Origin: Ignavibacteria bacterium
GTDB taxonomy: Bacteria > Bacteroidota > Ignavibacteria > Kapaibacteriales > Kapaibacteriaceae
Length of the DNA: 59,970 nucleotides
Assembly (NCBI GenBank): GCA_040380835.1
Contig: JBEIIK010000003.1
Span: 1 to 59,970 of the forward strand
Direction: 5' to 3'
Part shown: piece by piece, positions 8,844 through 19,202 of the stretch
Position numbering within the stretch: the stretch's first letter is position 1
How the letters are laid out: the number at the start of each line of letters is the position of its first letter
Program-made: the position numbers and the translations under genes
Notes under the pieces: generated by a model
Seen by the model: the letters and a program-made list of their open reading frames with translations, nothing else
The model's database searches: none
What the model was told of the DNA's origin: nothing

Positions 8844-11800
8844 GTGCGACAGATCATCAACGGTTACGGACCGATCCTCAAGACGGCATCAGCGTCGTCA
8901 TGCGTCCTTGATTGCGCAAGGCGTCTTACGGACGTGCGTTCGGCATCCGTCAAAACGCTAACGGGTTCTGCGCGCTCGCTACTGGTGGCCAGCCTCTGGT
9001 CCATGGGCTCGGTGCCCGTGATCATTGTTGTGGCCGATGATTCTGATGTCGATCAGTATGTCCATGATCTGTCGGTACTCGTCGGGGCCGATGTCGTTAT
9101 CGGCGTTCATGGTGCGCAGCGCCAGAGTGCACTTGCCGCCGGTGGAATGGTCCACCACGAGCAGATGGATGCGCTCGGTTCACTTCACGAAGCCGGCCGG
9201 TTCGTGGTCGTCTGTTCAGCCTCAGCCCTGGGACTCAAGGCCCCGGCCGCAGGCGATGTGCTTGCTTCAACGCTGACCATCAGACGAGGGCAGCAGCTGC
9301 CGTACGAGGACACCATTACGTCCCTGCTCACGGCTGGTTTCGAGCGATCGGATTACGTCTCCAAGCCGGGCCAGGTAGCCCTGCGTGGCGGTATCGTCGA
9401 TGTGTTTCCCTCGGGTTGGGAAAGCCCCCTTCGCATTGAATTCTGGGGTGACAGTATAGAGTCCATCAGGGAGTTTGAGCCCCTTTCGCAGCGAAGTATT
9501 CGCGAGCATGCCGAGGTAACGTTCCTGGCCCGGATGTATCATCAGGATGACGAGTCGCTGCAGGCGTCGATTCTTGATCATCTGCCATCCGACTCGCTGA
9601 TGGTCGTTGACTCTCCCGAGGCTGTTGATGCCGAACTGCACGGCCGCGAGCTTGAGCACCAGCGTGTGGCACTCGGTTCGTGGTCCACGCTGCTGAAGAT
9701 CAATCCACTGGGCGAGACCGACGTCACAACGCGCTCACAGGCGCAGCCATCGATGGGCGCATCGGTCGAGCAGCTGCTGCGCTCGGGTGCGGCATCTCAG
9801 GCTCGCGGGATCATGCCGTATGTCTGTGCCGATGGCGAACAGAACGTGCGACGTCTTCGTGATCTGTGCGAGAGCATCGTCGAACAGGTCGAGGCCGATG
9901 ACCCGGCCTCGGGTGATCTGCTTATCGGTGCTCTGAATGGCATCACGTGGATTTCTGCTTCGTTGAGCTCGGGTTTTATCTGGGATGATGTTGCCATTGC
10001 CTGCTTTACTGAACACCAGGTCTTCGGACGCCAGCGTGCTCAGAAGCGCAAGCGTCGGGCCGATGCGGGATTCTCCGTGCGTGAACTGCAGCAGATGCAG
10101 ATCGGTGATGTTCTGGTGCATGAGGACAAGGGGCTGGGCAAGTACCTCGGCTTGCAGACGATTGTCATCAACGGCTCGTCACAGGAATGCGTCAAGCTGG
10201 AGTTTGCCGGCGGAGATCACCTCTACGTTCACCTGAACTACGTACACAAACTCTCGAAGTACGCCAGTGAAGAGGGAGCCGTACCGAAGCTCTCCAAGCT
10301 CGGCAGCATTGAGTGGGAGCGCAAGAAGGCCCGGGCCAAGAAGCGCATCAAGGATATCGCTCGGGATCTGATCAAGCTCTATGCTGCTCGCAAGGCCCAG
10401 CCGGGCTTTGCCTATCCTGTCGACAGCATCTGGCAGAATGAATTCGAGGCCTCATTCCAGTACGAGGACACGCCCGATCAGGCCCGCGCTACGGCAGAGG
10501 TCAAGTTCGACATGGAATCACCCACCCCAATGGACCGTCTGGTCTGTGGTGATGTGGGTTTCGGGAAGACCGAGGTGGCCGTACGCGCCGCCTTCAAGGC
10601 CGCTCAGTCGGGCAAGCAGGTGGCAGTGCTCGTGCCTACCACTATCCTGGCCGAACAACACGGCGTAACATTCCGAGACAGGCTGCGGCGCTATCCGGTG
10701 CGCATCGATGTGCTCTCGCGGTTTCGCTCGCGTCAGGATCAGAAGGAGATACTGCAGCGCATTGCCGAGGGTTCGGCCGACATCGTCGTCGGCACGCACC
10801 GGCTGCTGAGCAAGGACGTCGTCTTCAAGGACCTTGGACTTCTGATCATCGATGAAGAACACCGCTTTGGCGTAGCAGCAAAGGAAAAGCTGCGTCAGCT
10901 GCGCACAACGGTCGATACACTTACACTGACGGCAACGCCGATTCCGCGGACTCTCAACTTCTCGCTCATGGGTGCACGTGACCTGTCGGTGATCGAGACG
11001 CCCCCTCGCAACCGACTTCCGGTGCGCACCGAGATCGTCGAATGGGATGACGGACTGCTTCGCGAGGCGCTTCTGCGCGAGCTTGAGCGAGGCGGACAAT
11101 GTTTCGTCGTGACCGACCGGATCAAGGATATCGAGAAGCTCTCGATGAAGATCAAGATGCTCGTTCCGGCCCTGCGCGTAGCCGTAGCCCATGGTCAGAT
11201 GGAAGCTGATGTTCTTGAGGACGTGATGGATGGCTTCCTTGAGCGCAAATTCGACGTGCTCATTGCGACCAAAATCATCGAGTCGGGCCTAGACATCCCG
11301 AATGCCAATACCATGATCGTCGAGCATTCTGACAACTTCGGTCTGGCTGAGCTGTATCAGCTTCGCGGACGCGTTGGACGCTCCAATACACAGGCCTATT
11401 GCTACCTGCTAATTCCGCCCCCTCACACACTCTCGCGTACGGCCCTTAGACGCCTGCAGGCCCTGGAAGAGTACACAGATCTCGGTTCGGGATTCAAGCT
11501 GGCCATGCGAGATCTTGAGATCCGCGGTGCCGGTAATCTTCTAGGGGGCGAGCAGAGCGGCTTCATTCTCGAGATGGGATTTGAGCTCTACCAGAAGATC
11601 CTCGAAGAAGCGGTGCTCGAGCTGCGCCATGAAGAGTTCGAGGAGCTGTTCCCGGAAGATCGGCAGCGCCGCCGCAGCTTTGCCAATCAGGATGTGGCTG
11701 TTGAGCTTGACACCGACGCGCTCATTCCGCAGGCATTCATCCCGGCCGACACGGAGCGCTATGACATCTATCGACGCCTCTACAACGCTGCCGAGCAACG

Positions 11801-12170
11801 TCAGGTTGATGTGGTCTATGACGAGCTGCGGGATCGCTTCGGGGCCTTGCCGCCGGAGGTTGAAGAGCTTCTCTTTGCCGTGCGCCTGCGCATAGCAGCC
11901 ATACCGACCGGATTCGTCCGCATTGCCGTACGTGGCGAGCGCATGATCGTAGAGCTCCCATCTGAAGAGAACGCGGCATGGTACGAAGACGTTTTCCAGA
12001 GCATGGTGAAAGTAATTGCGGCAATGTCCAATTGCCGTCTGGTGCAGCATGGCAAGCGTCTGGTGATCGAAGTGATTCTTCCCGACCGGCAGGAAGCACT
12101 CTTTGCCCTTGAACGTTTTGCCAGCGTCATACGAACTTCGGCTATCCATGATCATCAGGAGGATGAGTGA
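8844..12170 (+). CDS. mfd: Transcription-repair coupling factor
   Basis: 1108 aa. CarD/TRCF-like ...[16 protein letters not shown]..., helicase motifs [21 protein letters not shown] and TATPIPRTL, plus a C-terminal TRCF domain. GTG start. Confidence 0.95.
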   Translation: MRQIINGYGPILKTASASSCVLDCARRLTDVRSASVKTLTGSARSLLVASLWSMGSVPVIIVVADDSDVDQYVHDLSVLVGADVVIGVHGAQRQSALAAGGMVHHEQMDALGSLHEAGRFVVVCSASALGLKAPAAGDVLASTLTIRRGQQLPYEDTITSLLTAGFERSDYVSKPGQVALRGGIVDVFPSGWESPLRIEFWGDSIESIREFEPLSQRSIREHAEVTFLARMYHQDDESLQASILDHLPSDSLMVVDSPEAVDAELHGRELEHQRVALGSWSTLLKINPLGETDVTTRSQAQPSMGASVEQLLRSGAASQARGIMPYVCADGEQNVRRLRDLCESIVEQVEADDPASGDLLIGALNGITWISASLSSGFIWDDVAIACFTEHQVFGRQRAQKRKRRADAGFSVRELQQMQIGDVLVHEDKGLGKYLGLQTIVINGSSQECVKLEFAGGDHLYVHLNYVHKLSKYASEEGAVPKLSKLGSIEWERKKARAKKRIKDIARDLIKLYAARKAQPGFAYPVDSIWQNEFEASFQYEDTPDQARATAEVKFDMESPTPMDRLVCGDVGFGKTEVAVRAAFKAAQSGKQVAVLVPTTILAEQHGVTFRDRLRRYPVRIDVLSRFRSRQDQKEILQRIAEGSADIVVGTHRLLSKDVVFKDLGLLIIDEEHRFGVAAKEKLRQLRTTVDTLTLTATPIPRTLNFSLMGARDLSVIETPPRNRLPVRTEIVEWDDGLLREALLRELERGGQCFVVTDRIKDIEKLSMKIKMLVPALRVAVAHGQMEADVLEDVMDGFLERKFDVLIATKIIESGLDIPNANTMIVEHSDNFGLAELYQLRGRVGRSNTQAYCYLLIPPPHTLSRTALRRLQALEEYTDLGSGFKLAMRDLEIRGAGNLLGGEQSGFILEMGFELYQKILEEAVLELRHEEFEELFPEDRQRRRSFANQDVAVELDTDALIPQAFIPADTERYDIYRRLYNAAEQRQVDVVYDELRDRFGALPPEVEELLFAVRLRIAAIPTGFVRIAVRGERMIVELPSEENAAWYEDVFQSMVKVIAAMSNCRLVQHGKRLVIEVILPDRQEALFALERFASVIRTSAIHDHQEDE

Positions 12171-12817
12171 CGTCCCTGCTTGCCATTGAGACCAGCGGTG
12201 CTTCCTGCAGTGTTGCCGTGTCGGTCGATGGTGCCTTGCGCGCCTCGATCGAGATCATCCGTCCGAATGTCCATGATGCCCTGCTCGCCGACCTTGTCCG
12301 GCAGGTCTGCTCAGGAGCTGACGTATCGGTTTCGGAACTCGCCATGGTGGCTGTGTCAAGTGGTCCGGGGTCATTCACGGGTCTGCGCATCGGCGTGTCA
12401 ATGGCCAAGGGGCTTTGCGTGGCTTCATCGGCTGCACTCGTGAGTGTGCCGACCACCACGGCGTTGTTGCATGCCTCCACCGAGGTGGCACAGCGCTCGG
12501 GCGCGTCAACTATTGCCTGCATCATTCCGTCGCATCAGGACCTCTACTACGTGGCCAGGAGCCCCGTAACAGATATGGCTCATCTTGCGTCCGTTGAGTT
12601 GCTTGCTGAAAGCTCGCTTGCTGACCTTGATGACGGGCAGACGCTGTTCGTAGGTCCCGGTGCTGAGCGGCTCGATCCGGCGCCGGTGAGCGGCCTGACC
12701 AGACACTCGGCACGGTTTGTGGCCTTCGCGGCCTGGCGTCTGCTTGCCGCCGGACATCAACCGGTCGATCCGCTTACATTCGCACCGCAGTACCACCAGG
12801 AGTTTCGTCCGCGCTGA
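12167..12817 (+). CDS. tsaB: tRNA threonylcarbamoyladenosine biosynthesis protein TsaB (YeaZ family)
   Basis: 216 aa. LAIETSG...SSGPGSFTGLRIG.... The GTG start overlaps the mfd stop (GTGA). Confidence 0.85.
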   Translation: MTSLLAIETSGASCSVAVSVDGALRASIEIIRPNVHDALLADLVRQVCSGADVSVSELAMVAVSSGPGSFTGLRIGVSMAKGLCVASSAALVSVPTTTALLHASTEVAQRSGASTIACIIPSHQDLYYVARSPVTDMAHLASVELLAESSLADLDDGQTLFVGPGAERLDPAPVSGLTRHSARFVAFAAWRLLAAGHQPVDPLTFAPQYHQEFRPR

Positions 12818-12851
12818 ACCGTGTGGCCGCAGTCACGAGCCCGGCACGTCG

Positions 12852-12859
12852 TAGCTTTG
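12852..12859 (+). promoter_or_regulatory. Candidate -7 promoter box (TAnnTTTG) for purB
   Basis: TAGCTTTG lies 37 nt upstream of ATG 12896 in the 78-nt tsaB-purB spacer. Motif match only. Confidence 0.2.
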
Positions 12860-12895
12860 CACCGCCTAATGTTCACAATGCCCGGAAGCTGACGC

Positions 12896-14194
12896 ATGAT
12901 CCAACGCTACACCCGGCCCGATATGGGCGCTATCTGGTCTGACGAAAACAAATACCGCATATGGCTCGAGATCGAGATCCTGGCATGTGAGGCTCAGGCC
13001 GAGCTCGGCGTGATACCGAAGGATGCCGTGGCGGAGATCCGCAGCAAGGCATCATTCGATGTTGAGCGCATACTTGAGATCGAAGAGATCACCAAGCATG
13101 ACGTGATTGCCTTTACCACGAACGTCGCTGAATACGTCGGGCCGGCCTCTAGATTCATTCATCTCGGCATGACCTCCAGCGATGTACTCGACACGTGCCT
13201 TGCGGTTCAGCTCAAGCAGGCCGGCGTACTTATCCTTGAAGACCTGCGCACGTTGCAGTCGATCCTGCGCCGTCGTGCACTGGAATTCAAGAACACGGTC
13301 TGCATCGGACGTTCGCATGGTATTCATGCCGAGCCAACGACCTTCGGCTTGAAGCTCGCCCTCTGGCACGAGGAATGCCGTCGCAGCATATCTCGCATGG
13401 AGCATGCGCTTTCGACCATCAGCGTCGGGATGATCTCCGGTGCTGTGGGTACGTTTGAGCACCTCTCCCCTGCCGTTGAAGAGTATGTCTGTGAGAAGCT
13501 CGGCCTGCAGCCGGCACCGGTCAGTACGCAGGTCATCCAGCGTGATCGGCATGCCGAGTATCTGACTACGCTGGCCATCATTGGAGCGTTTCTCGAGAAG
13601 ATCGGCGTCGAGGTGCGCCACCTGCAGCGCACCGAAGTGCTTGAGGCCGAGGAGTACTTTTCTCCCGGTCAAAAGGGCTCGTCGGCCATGCCACATAAGC
13701 GCAATCCGATCGTCAGCGAGCGTATCTGCGGTCTGGCCCGCCTGCTGCGCGGCAACGCCATGGCGGCCATAGAGAACAATGCCCTGTGGCATGAGCGCGA
13801 CATCTCGCACAGTTCTGTCGAGCGTGTGATCTGTCCCGATTCGACCATCACCATCGACTACATGCTGCATCTTGCAACGGGGCTTGTAGATCGTCTGGTG
13901 GTCTATCCCGAGAACATGAAGCGCAACCTTGAGCTGACCAGTGGACTTCCCTATTCGCAGTCCGTGATGCTGGCCCTGGTGCGTAAGGGCATTACGCGTG
14001 AGGATGCCTACCGCATGGTACAGCGCAATGCCATGCGGACCTGGGAGACGCGACTTCCGCTGCGTCAGACGCTGGCCGAAGACGACGAGCTCATGGCGCA
14101 GATATCCCCTGATGAACTTGATGCGATCTTCGATCCGGATCGCATGCTTAAGAACGTCGACGCCATCTTCAACCGCTGCGGGCTGGGTGAATGA
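12896..14194 (+). CDS. purB: Adenylosuccinate lyase
   Basis: 432 aa. MIQRYTRPDMGAIWSDENKY..., GMTSSDV, fumarate-lyase signature SSAMPHKRNP. Confidence 0.95.
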   Translation: MIQRYTRPDMGAIWSDENKYRIWLEIEILACEAQAELGVIPKDAVAEIRSKASFDVERILEIEEITKHDVIAFTTNVAEYVGPASRFIHLGMTSSDVLDTCLAVQLKQAGVLILEDLRTLQSILRRRALEFKNTVCIGRSHGIHAEPTTFGLKLALWHEECRRSISRMEHALSTISVGMISGAVGTFEHLSPAVEEYVCEKLGLQPAPVSTQVIQRDRHAEYLTTLAIIGAFLEKIGVEVRHLQRTEVLEAEEYFSPGQKGSSAMPHKRNPIVSERICGLARLLRGNAMAAIENNALWHERDISHSSVERVICPDSTITIDYMLHLATGLVDRLVVYPENMKRNLELTSGLPYSQSVMLALVRKGITREDAYRMVQRNAMRTWETRLPLRQTLAEDDELMAQISPDELDAIFDPDRMLKNVDAIFNRCGLGE

Positions 14195-15693
14195 ACCGTC
14201 GGCTTGTGGTGGCCTCTGCAGCCGCAGTCCTGGCCCTCGGAATCGGGCAGCTGGCAGCCAACGTCGAAGATGACGGCAAAGTGCTGGCCGGACGATACTG
14301 CGCGTCATGTCACCTGATGCCCCTTCCGGAGCATCTCGACCGATCGACGTGGCTGACGAAGATCTTCCCAATGATGCGCGAGTATCTCGGACTTGATCCC
14401 AAGACAGATCGCGAACTTTTGCCCCATGACATCAAGGCCATGTATCCGGCGACGCCGTCAATGAGTGAAGACGAGTGGTTCAGGATCGCCAATTGGTATG
14501 TCGATCAGGCACCGGATACGCTGCCTGCCACCCCCGAGCCGGTGATCGAAGGAACCACGTCGCTGTTCAAGCCCCTTGGCATCAGCTCCGATGATGTCAA
14601 TCCAATGACCATCATGGTGCGGTTCGATACGGCCTCACGACGCATCATCACTTCCGATGCGCTGCTCGGTACGATGAGCATCTATGATGCGTCCGGCATG
14701 CTTCAGAAGACGATCGACGTTGGTGGACCGGTGAGTTCAGTGGCGGTTCGCGGCGTAAGGTGGTACGCAACCGACATGGGCAAGCTGCTACCGCATGATT
14801 CGGCTATAGGGGGCGTTGTGGCGATCACGTGGGCCGGCGATCAGTACACGACAAAGCGCATCATCGATTCACTGCGCCGTCCGACGCATATCAGCGTCGA
14901 TGACCTCAACGGCGATGGCCGTGATGACCTGCTCGTGTGTGAGTACGGTAACCTGCTCGGACGACTAGGATGGTTCGAGCAGAAAGCGCGGCGCTGGGAG
15001 TACCATGAGCTGGTCGCTCAGCCGGGAGCCATCCGAACAGAGATCCGCGACGTCGATGGCGATGGACGCAAGGACATCGTCGTCCTGATGGCCCAGGCCC
15101 GCGAGGGCATCTTCGTACACCTCAACCGCGGTAAGGGGCGCTTTGAGATCCGAGAACTGTTGACCTTTCCTCCAAGCTTCGGCTCGTCTTCGTTCAGCTT
15201 TGCCGATGTCGATGCCGACGGACGTGACGAGCTGCTGGTGACCACTGGCGATAATGGCGATTACCTGATGCCGCCCTATAAACCGTATCACGGCGTGTAT
15301 GTGTGCACACTGAATAAGTCAGGGAGCATAACGGACAAGAAGCTACGTCCGCTGGACGGAGCCTATGGAGCGATGGTTCGCGACTTTGATATGGATGGCA
15401 TGCAGGATCTAATAGCATACAGCTACTTCCCCCGACTGGAGCGCGGAATCTATGACTTCATCCGTTTGGAGACGTCGGCCTTTACCGGGAATATCAAGAC
15501 GTGGACGCTTCCCATGGCCGATCAGGGACGGTGGCTACCAAGCGACCTGGGCGACATCGACGCTGACGGAGACATTGACGTGATCCTCGGAAATGTCTCG
15601 ATCGGGCCCGGACGTATCACCGACGACCAGTCGGCCGGATGGCGCGAAGGACGTCTGAGAGCACTCATTCTGGTCAATACGACTCGTAACTAG
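14191..15693 (+). CDS. FG-GAP/VCBS-repeat secreted protein with N-terminal CxxCH motif
   Basis: 500 aa. Signal peptide, then CASCH at aa 37-41 (nt 14299-14313). Repeated calcium-binding-like DxDGDGxxD loops follow: DLNGDGRDDLLV, DVDGDGRKDIVV, DVDADGRDELLV, DFDMDGMQDLI, DIDADGDIDVIL. The ATG overlaps the purB stop (ATGA). Confidence 0.75.
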   Translation: MNRRLVVASAAAVLALGIGQLAANVEDDGKVLAGRYCASCHLMPLPEHLDRSTWLTKIFPMMREYLGLDPKTDRELLPHDIKAMYPATPSMSEDEWFRIANWYVDQAPDTLPATPEPVIEGTTSLFKPLGISSDDVNPMTIMVRFDTASRRIITSDALLGTMSIYDASGMLQKTIDVGGPVSSVAVRGVRWYATDMGKLLPHDSAIGGVVAITWAGDQYTTKRIIDSLRRPTHISVDDLNGDGRDDLLVCEYGNLLGRLGWFEQKARRWEYHELVAQPGAIRTEIRDVDGDGRKDIVVLMAQAREGIFVHLNRGKGRFEIRELLTFPPSFGSSSFSFADVDADGRDELLVTTGDNGDYLMPPYKPYHGVYVCTLNKSGSITDKKLRPLDGAYGAMVRDFDMDGMQDLIAYSYFPRLERGIYDFIRLETSAFTGNIKTWTLPMADQGRWLPSDLGDIDADGDIDVILGNVSIGPGRITDDQSAGWREGRLRALILVNTTRN

Positions 15694-17768
15694 AGGCCTG
15701 AGGCTCGTTGCAGCCATAATGGCACCGTCAGCAGCGACGTCTCATCATAGAATACCACGAAGACGAGACCGTCAAGCTCAGGGTTGATGGTGAAGGTTAG
15801 CCCCTTACCGTCGATACTTCGATATTGAGCAAGGGGGCGACCCAGCACGTCGCTGATGAGCACCTCAGCGGCCATGGTCGTGACCGATCGCCCGCGAATG
15901 CTGTAGACCGGTGTGTTCGAGAATAACCGTCGTCGTCCGTCCAGCTGGCAGATGCCATCAAGTGTGAATCGTCCGTGACGGCGCTGTACCGTGATCGATG
16001 CATCGCTCAGACGGACACTGTCGATACTCAACTGAACGGATGAAGAATCACCAAGTGCGGCTTGCAGCTGATCGCGTCTGTATGTGGCAGTGGTGGCACC
16101 GAGGCGAAACGGAAACTGAATCCGGGTTCTGCCGCGGCTTACCGTGGCAGCAGCACCGATCGGCAGAAGCAGGTTCGGGTGCGTAGAAACATAGGCCACG
16201 CCCTCAATGGGTCGTGCAGGAATCGAAGCTGTGCGAACGTTCAGATAGACATCGACGCTGTCGCCGGCTCGTGCTCGCAGATCGCCAATGCTGACGATCA
16301 GGGCCGTTGATGCGGGCATGACACGCACGAAGATGCTATCGACTCGTGTGCATCCGTCCTTGCCGAACATCCGTGCACGATACCATCGACCGGCCTCGAC
16401 CGGCTGCGTCCTGACGGAGTCACCGGCAATGCTCTCGAGGTCGTCGAGCCACAGTGTGCGCTCAGCCCCTTCAGACCAGAGGATAGCCTGCGAGCCTGCG
16501 GGCACGACGCTATCTGAGCGCCGTAGCCGCATATGCTGCACGCGAGCTGCAGAAGGCTGCCATGAGGGTATTGCTGTGTTCAGAGTCCCGGCCGACCCCT
16601 GCTGCGCAGCATGTCGTAGCGTGCTGTCGGCCACGTACTGTGCATGGGCATCACCAGCTGATCCACCGTCAACTGCGCAGCGCACCGTCGACGGAAGGGA
16701 TACCGTCGTTAAGATGCTGCCACCGCCCCCTCCGCCGCCAGGGCCCGACAGAAACAGAGTGCTGTGGGTAGAACCGCCATGACCGCCGCGTACGCTCAGA
16801 AGTCCATCTCCGTCAACCGTCAATGCATCGATCATGATTGTTCCCGCCCCGCCCCCTCCACCTGCGGCATCGTGACGTGCATCGCGGCCGTTGATACCAT
16901 CAGCACTGATGTTGCTTCCCCGATTCAGGCGAAGATGCCGCGTGCGGATCACCACCGCGCCCCCTGCTGATCCGCCGCGTCCGGCGTCGAGATCATTGCC
17001 ATGCCCGGATGCGCCGGAAGAGCCGAAGAGCAGTCGACTTCCATCATCGGATGGACGTCGCGGACGGCCCGACGCCACGAAGACGTCCGCAAATGCCGTT
17101 GACGATTTTCCGCCCTGGCCCCCGGCTCCGGCCGATGTACCGCCGGCTCCCCCTGCATTATGCGGCTTTCCACCAATTGTCTCAGCAAGCCACATCGAAG
17201 CGGTATCGATTTGTCGCCAACCCGGGCAGGCACTTCCGCCGGATCCTGGTTCCGAGATGGTTGAATCACCGAAGGATCGGGCAAGGGTATCTGCAGTGTT
17301 CCAGCTGCGCACGAGCTGGAAGTAGCCCTTACCCGAGGCTGTTATCGGCGCGTCGATGGTCAGTGTATCATCTGACCAGATGGCCACAACACCTCCGTCA
17401 TACCCGTTCCATGGCTGAGGTACGACGCGCTGGTCTATGATCTTGTTACGGGGCTCCATGGCCCGCACCACCTGTACGTGTTCCGCCGCGGCAACGTCCG
17501 TCGGGAGCTGGTATCGCAGGAACAGCCTGCCGGCTATGATCGTATCGATGACGTTCCAGGACCATGCACCCACGGCATGGCGATCGGATGCGACTCGATG
17601 CCGGCAGACCGGCACGTGCACAAGAACACGGTTACCATGATCAAAGAGCTCCGGCCTGCGGACCTGCAGAGACGATGAGCATGCGTCGATATCCCATGCC
17701 CACGAGCTATGGATGACCTCAGCAGGGTCTTCAGTGACAAGCAGCTTCAGAAGGAGTAACAGCGCCAT
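15690..17768 (-). CDS. Glycine-rich secreted/surface protein (gene D of fibre-like cluster) with cohesin-like and T9SS-CTD-like C-terminus
   Basis: 692 aa. Central Gly-rich repeats (AGGAGGTSAGAGGQGG, GGSAGGAVVI, AAGGGGGAGTIMIDAL, RGGHGGSTHS, GPGGGGGGGSIL). C-terminal ...IVSIGDLRARAGDSVDVYLNV...IEGVAYVSTHPNLL... (cohesin-like by eye), then ...VLISDVLGRPLAQY...GLVFVVFYDE.... The N-terminus MALLLLLKLLV is only a weak signal peptide. Confidence 0.6.
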   Translation of the reverse strand: MALLLLLKLLVTEDPAEVIHSSWAWDIDACSSSLQVRRPELFDHGNRVLVHVPVCRHRVASDRHAVGAWSWNVIDTIIAGRLFLRYQLPTDVAAAEHVQVVRAMEPRNKIIDQRVVPQPWNGYDGGVVAIWSDDTLTIDAPITASGKGYFQLVRSWNTADTLARSFGDSTISEPGSGGSACPGWRQIDTASMWLAETIGGKPHNAGGAGGTSAGAGGQGGKSSTAFADVFVASGRPRRPSDDGSRLLFGSSGASGHGNDLDAGRGGSAGGAVVIRTRHLRLNRGSNISADGINGRDARHDAAGGGGGAGTIMIDALTVDGDGLLSVRGGHGGSTHSTLFLSGPGGGGGGGSILTTVSLPSTVRCAVDGGSAGDAHAQYVADSTLRHAAQQGSAGTLNTAIPSWQPSAARVQHMRLRRSDSVVPAGSQAILWSEGAERTLWLDDLESIAGDSVRTQPVEAGRWYRARMFGKDGCTRVDSIFVRVMPASTALIVSIGDLRARAGDSVDVYLNVRTASIPARPIEGVAYVSTHPNLLLPIGAAATVSRGRTRIQFPFRLGATTATYRRDQLQAALGDSSSVQLSIDSVRLSDASITVQRRHGRFTLDGICQLDGRRRLFSNTPVYSIRGRSVTTMAAEVLISDVLGRPLAQYRSIDGKGLTFTINPELDGLVFVVFYDETSLLTVPLWLQRASGL

Positions 17769-19186
17769 CGCTGGATCTCCTGATCGTACCAGACTTCGAT
17801 CATATCATCAACTTCAAGCATTAGCGTCTGTCCGTTCTTGATTCGGATGCGATCGGCGGCATCGGCCGCCGGATGTTCGTGAACGATCTCTACACGCCCC
17901 TGCGTCACAAGAAGGGTTAGAACCCGATCAGATGCATCCGTCCGGATACCACTGATGGTGCTGCCGTTCACGTCACCGACCAGTTTGACTATCGTACCAG
18001 CGGCTATGGTCAGTAGTGTTGGGCCAGCCGGAGGAAGCAGCATGTTCGGAGTCGGGTTGAGTGCAAGCCCGGTCAGACGCGTCATCCCGCTGGACATGAA
18101 GTGATGCGCGTATGTCCGGTTACGCGTGATCATATCGCGGAACGTCGAGGTCTGAAACGGTACCGGAAGTAGAGGGCGCATGCCGCCAAGGATCACATCT
18201 CCTCCAACACACAGCAGGGCTACCTGGCCAGTGTCGGTGAGAAAACCGCCACCGATTGCCACCGTAACGCCCGATGAGGCTGCGCTGGCTGTACCGTAAA
18301 CGCCAATTGTGGTCCCGGCGTTGGCCGTGGCCGTGTTTTCGCCCCTTCCGAAAACTCCTGCTGAAAATGTCTGCGTGCCGCCGCTACCGGCTCTCTGCAC
18401 AGAACCTAAAACGCCGATGATCGAGTCGGCGGCGATGCCGGAGTTGGTCGCTGCATGGCCTCGTACGCCGATGCGCTCGGCAATTGGCAGCGTCTCGTAG
18501 GTCGATGATTGTGACACGCCTAGGATGCCCATTCCGTTGGTATTGGCACGGGCGATCACACCCACGTGTTGCGAGCCCGAGGCGACGACCTCAATGCCCC
18601 TGCGCGGTGGCGTGGTTGCACCGATGTCGAGAGCAACTCCGCTACCGGCCGTAAGGGCATTGTATCGTATGCCGGTGCCGCCCGTGATGTCTATTCCTGT
18701 TCCGAGGGTCGGACGTCCCGATCCCGTGGGACCACCCACGCGAAGGCCAGTGCCCGTGCCATTGGACTGACTCGACAGGATGATCCCGGCATCGTTCGTG
18801 CCGGTTGCACCGACGTCGCGCACCAGCAGGCCGGTGCTTGTCGTCGTAGCATCAAGAGTGATCGTCAGCCCCCTGCCGCCCTGCGCGGCGATCGATCCAA
18901 TGCGCATCTGCTCCTGTGGAGCCGTGCCGATACCGGTTCCAATGCTGACCGGTCCGAGCAGCCATGTGTTACCGGACTGACCGATCTCAAGGGCTCGCGT
19001 CTGTGAGGCACCGGCCATGATGCGCAGTGGAAGCGAGTTCGTCGATCGGTTGGAGATAACCAGCGGTAGCGGTGACGCATTGTCGATGCGACTCGTGCTT
19101 AGCATCTGTGCCTGGCTGTGGGGAGCTAACACAGCAAGCCAGAGCGTCAGCCAGCGTAGGACGGCATACGGGGGACGATTGAACAT
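17747..19186 (-). CDS. Secreted repeat protein (gene C), irregular Gly/Thr/Ser-rich beta-helix-like repeats
   Basis: 479 aa. Signal peptide ...LAVLAPHSQAQ. More than 10 loose repeats of the type GTGIRYNALTAGSGVALDIG / GVIARANTNGMGILGVS / GVFGRGENTATANAGTTIGVYG. No enzymatic motif. Confidence 0.6.
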   Translation of the reverse strand: MFNRPPYAVLRWLTLWLAVLAPHSQAQMLSTSRIDNASPLPLVISNRSTNSLPLRIMAGASQTRALEIGQSGNTWLLGPVSIGTGIGTAPQEQMRIGSIAAQGGRGLTITLDATTTSTGLLVRDVGATGTNDAGIILSSQSNGTGTGLRVGGPTGSGRPTLGTGIDITGGTGIRYNALTAGSGVALDIGATTPPRRGIEVVASGSQHVGVIARANTNGMGILGVSQSSTYETLPIAERIGVRGHAATNSGIAADSIIGVLGSVQRAGSGGTQTFSAGVFGRGENTATANAGTTIGVYGTASAASSGVTVAIGGGFLTDTGQVALLCVGGDVILGGMRPLLPVPFQTSTFRDMITRNRTYAHHFMSSGMTRLTGLALNPTPNMLLPPAGPTLLTIAAGTIVKLVGDVNGSTISGIRTDASDRVLTLLVTQGRVEIVHEHPAADAADRIRIKNGQTLMLEVDDMIEVWYDQEIQRWRCYSF

Positions 19187-19202
19187 GGTCGTGTCAGGGG
19201 GC

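Noticed and set aside
13052-14371. 439-aa ORF on the minus strand, the longest unannotated ORF in the track
   Set aside because: It lies entirely antisense to purB and the start of the FG-GAP gene. The composition is Arg/His/Gly/Leu-rich with no motifs. purB on the plus strand is unambiguous. This is a typical shadow ORF of GC-rich DNA.
16288-17440. Several plus-strand ORFs with proline-rich translations (e.g. ...LPPPPPPPGPDRN...)
   Set aside because: These are the complement of the poly-Gly (GGN) repeats of gene D and are mirror-image artefacts. Gene D has the longer, continuous frame with a structured C-terminus.
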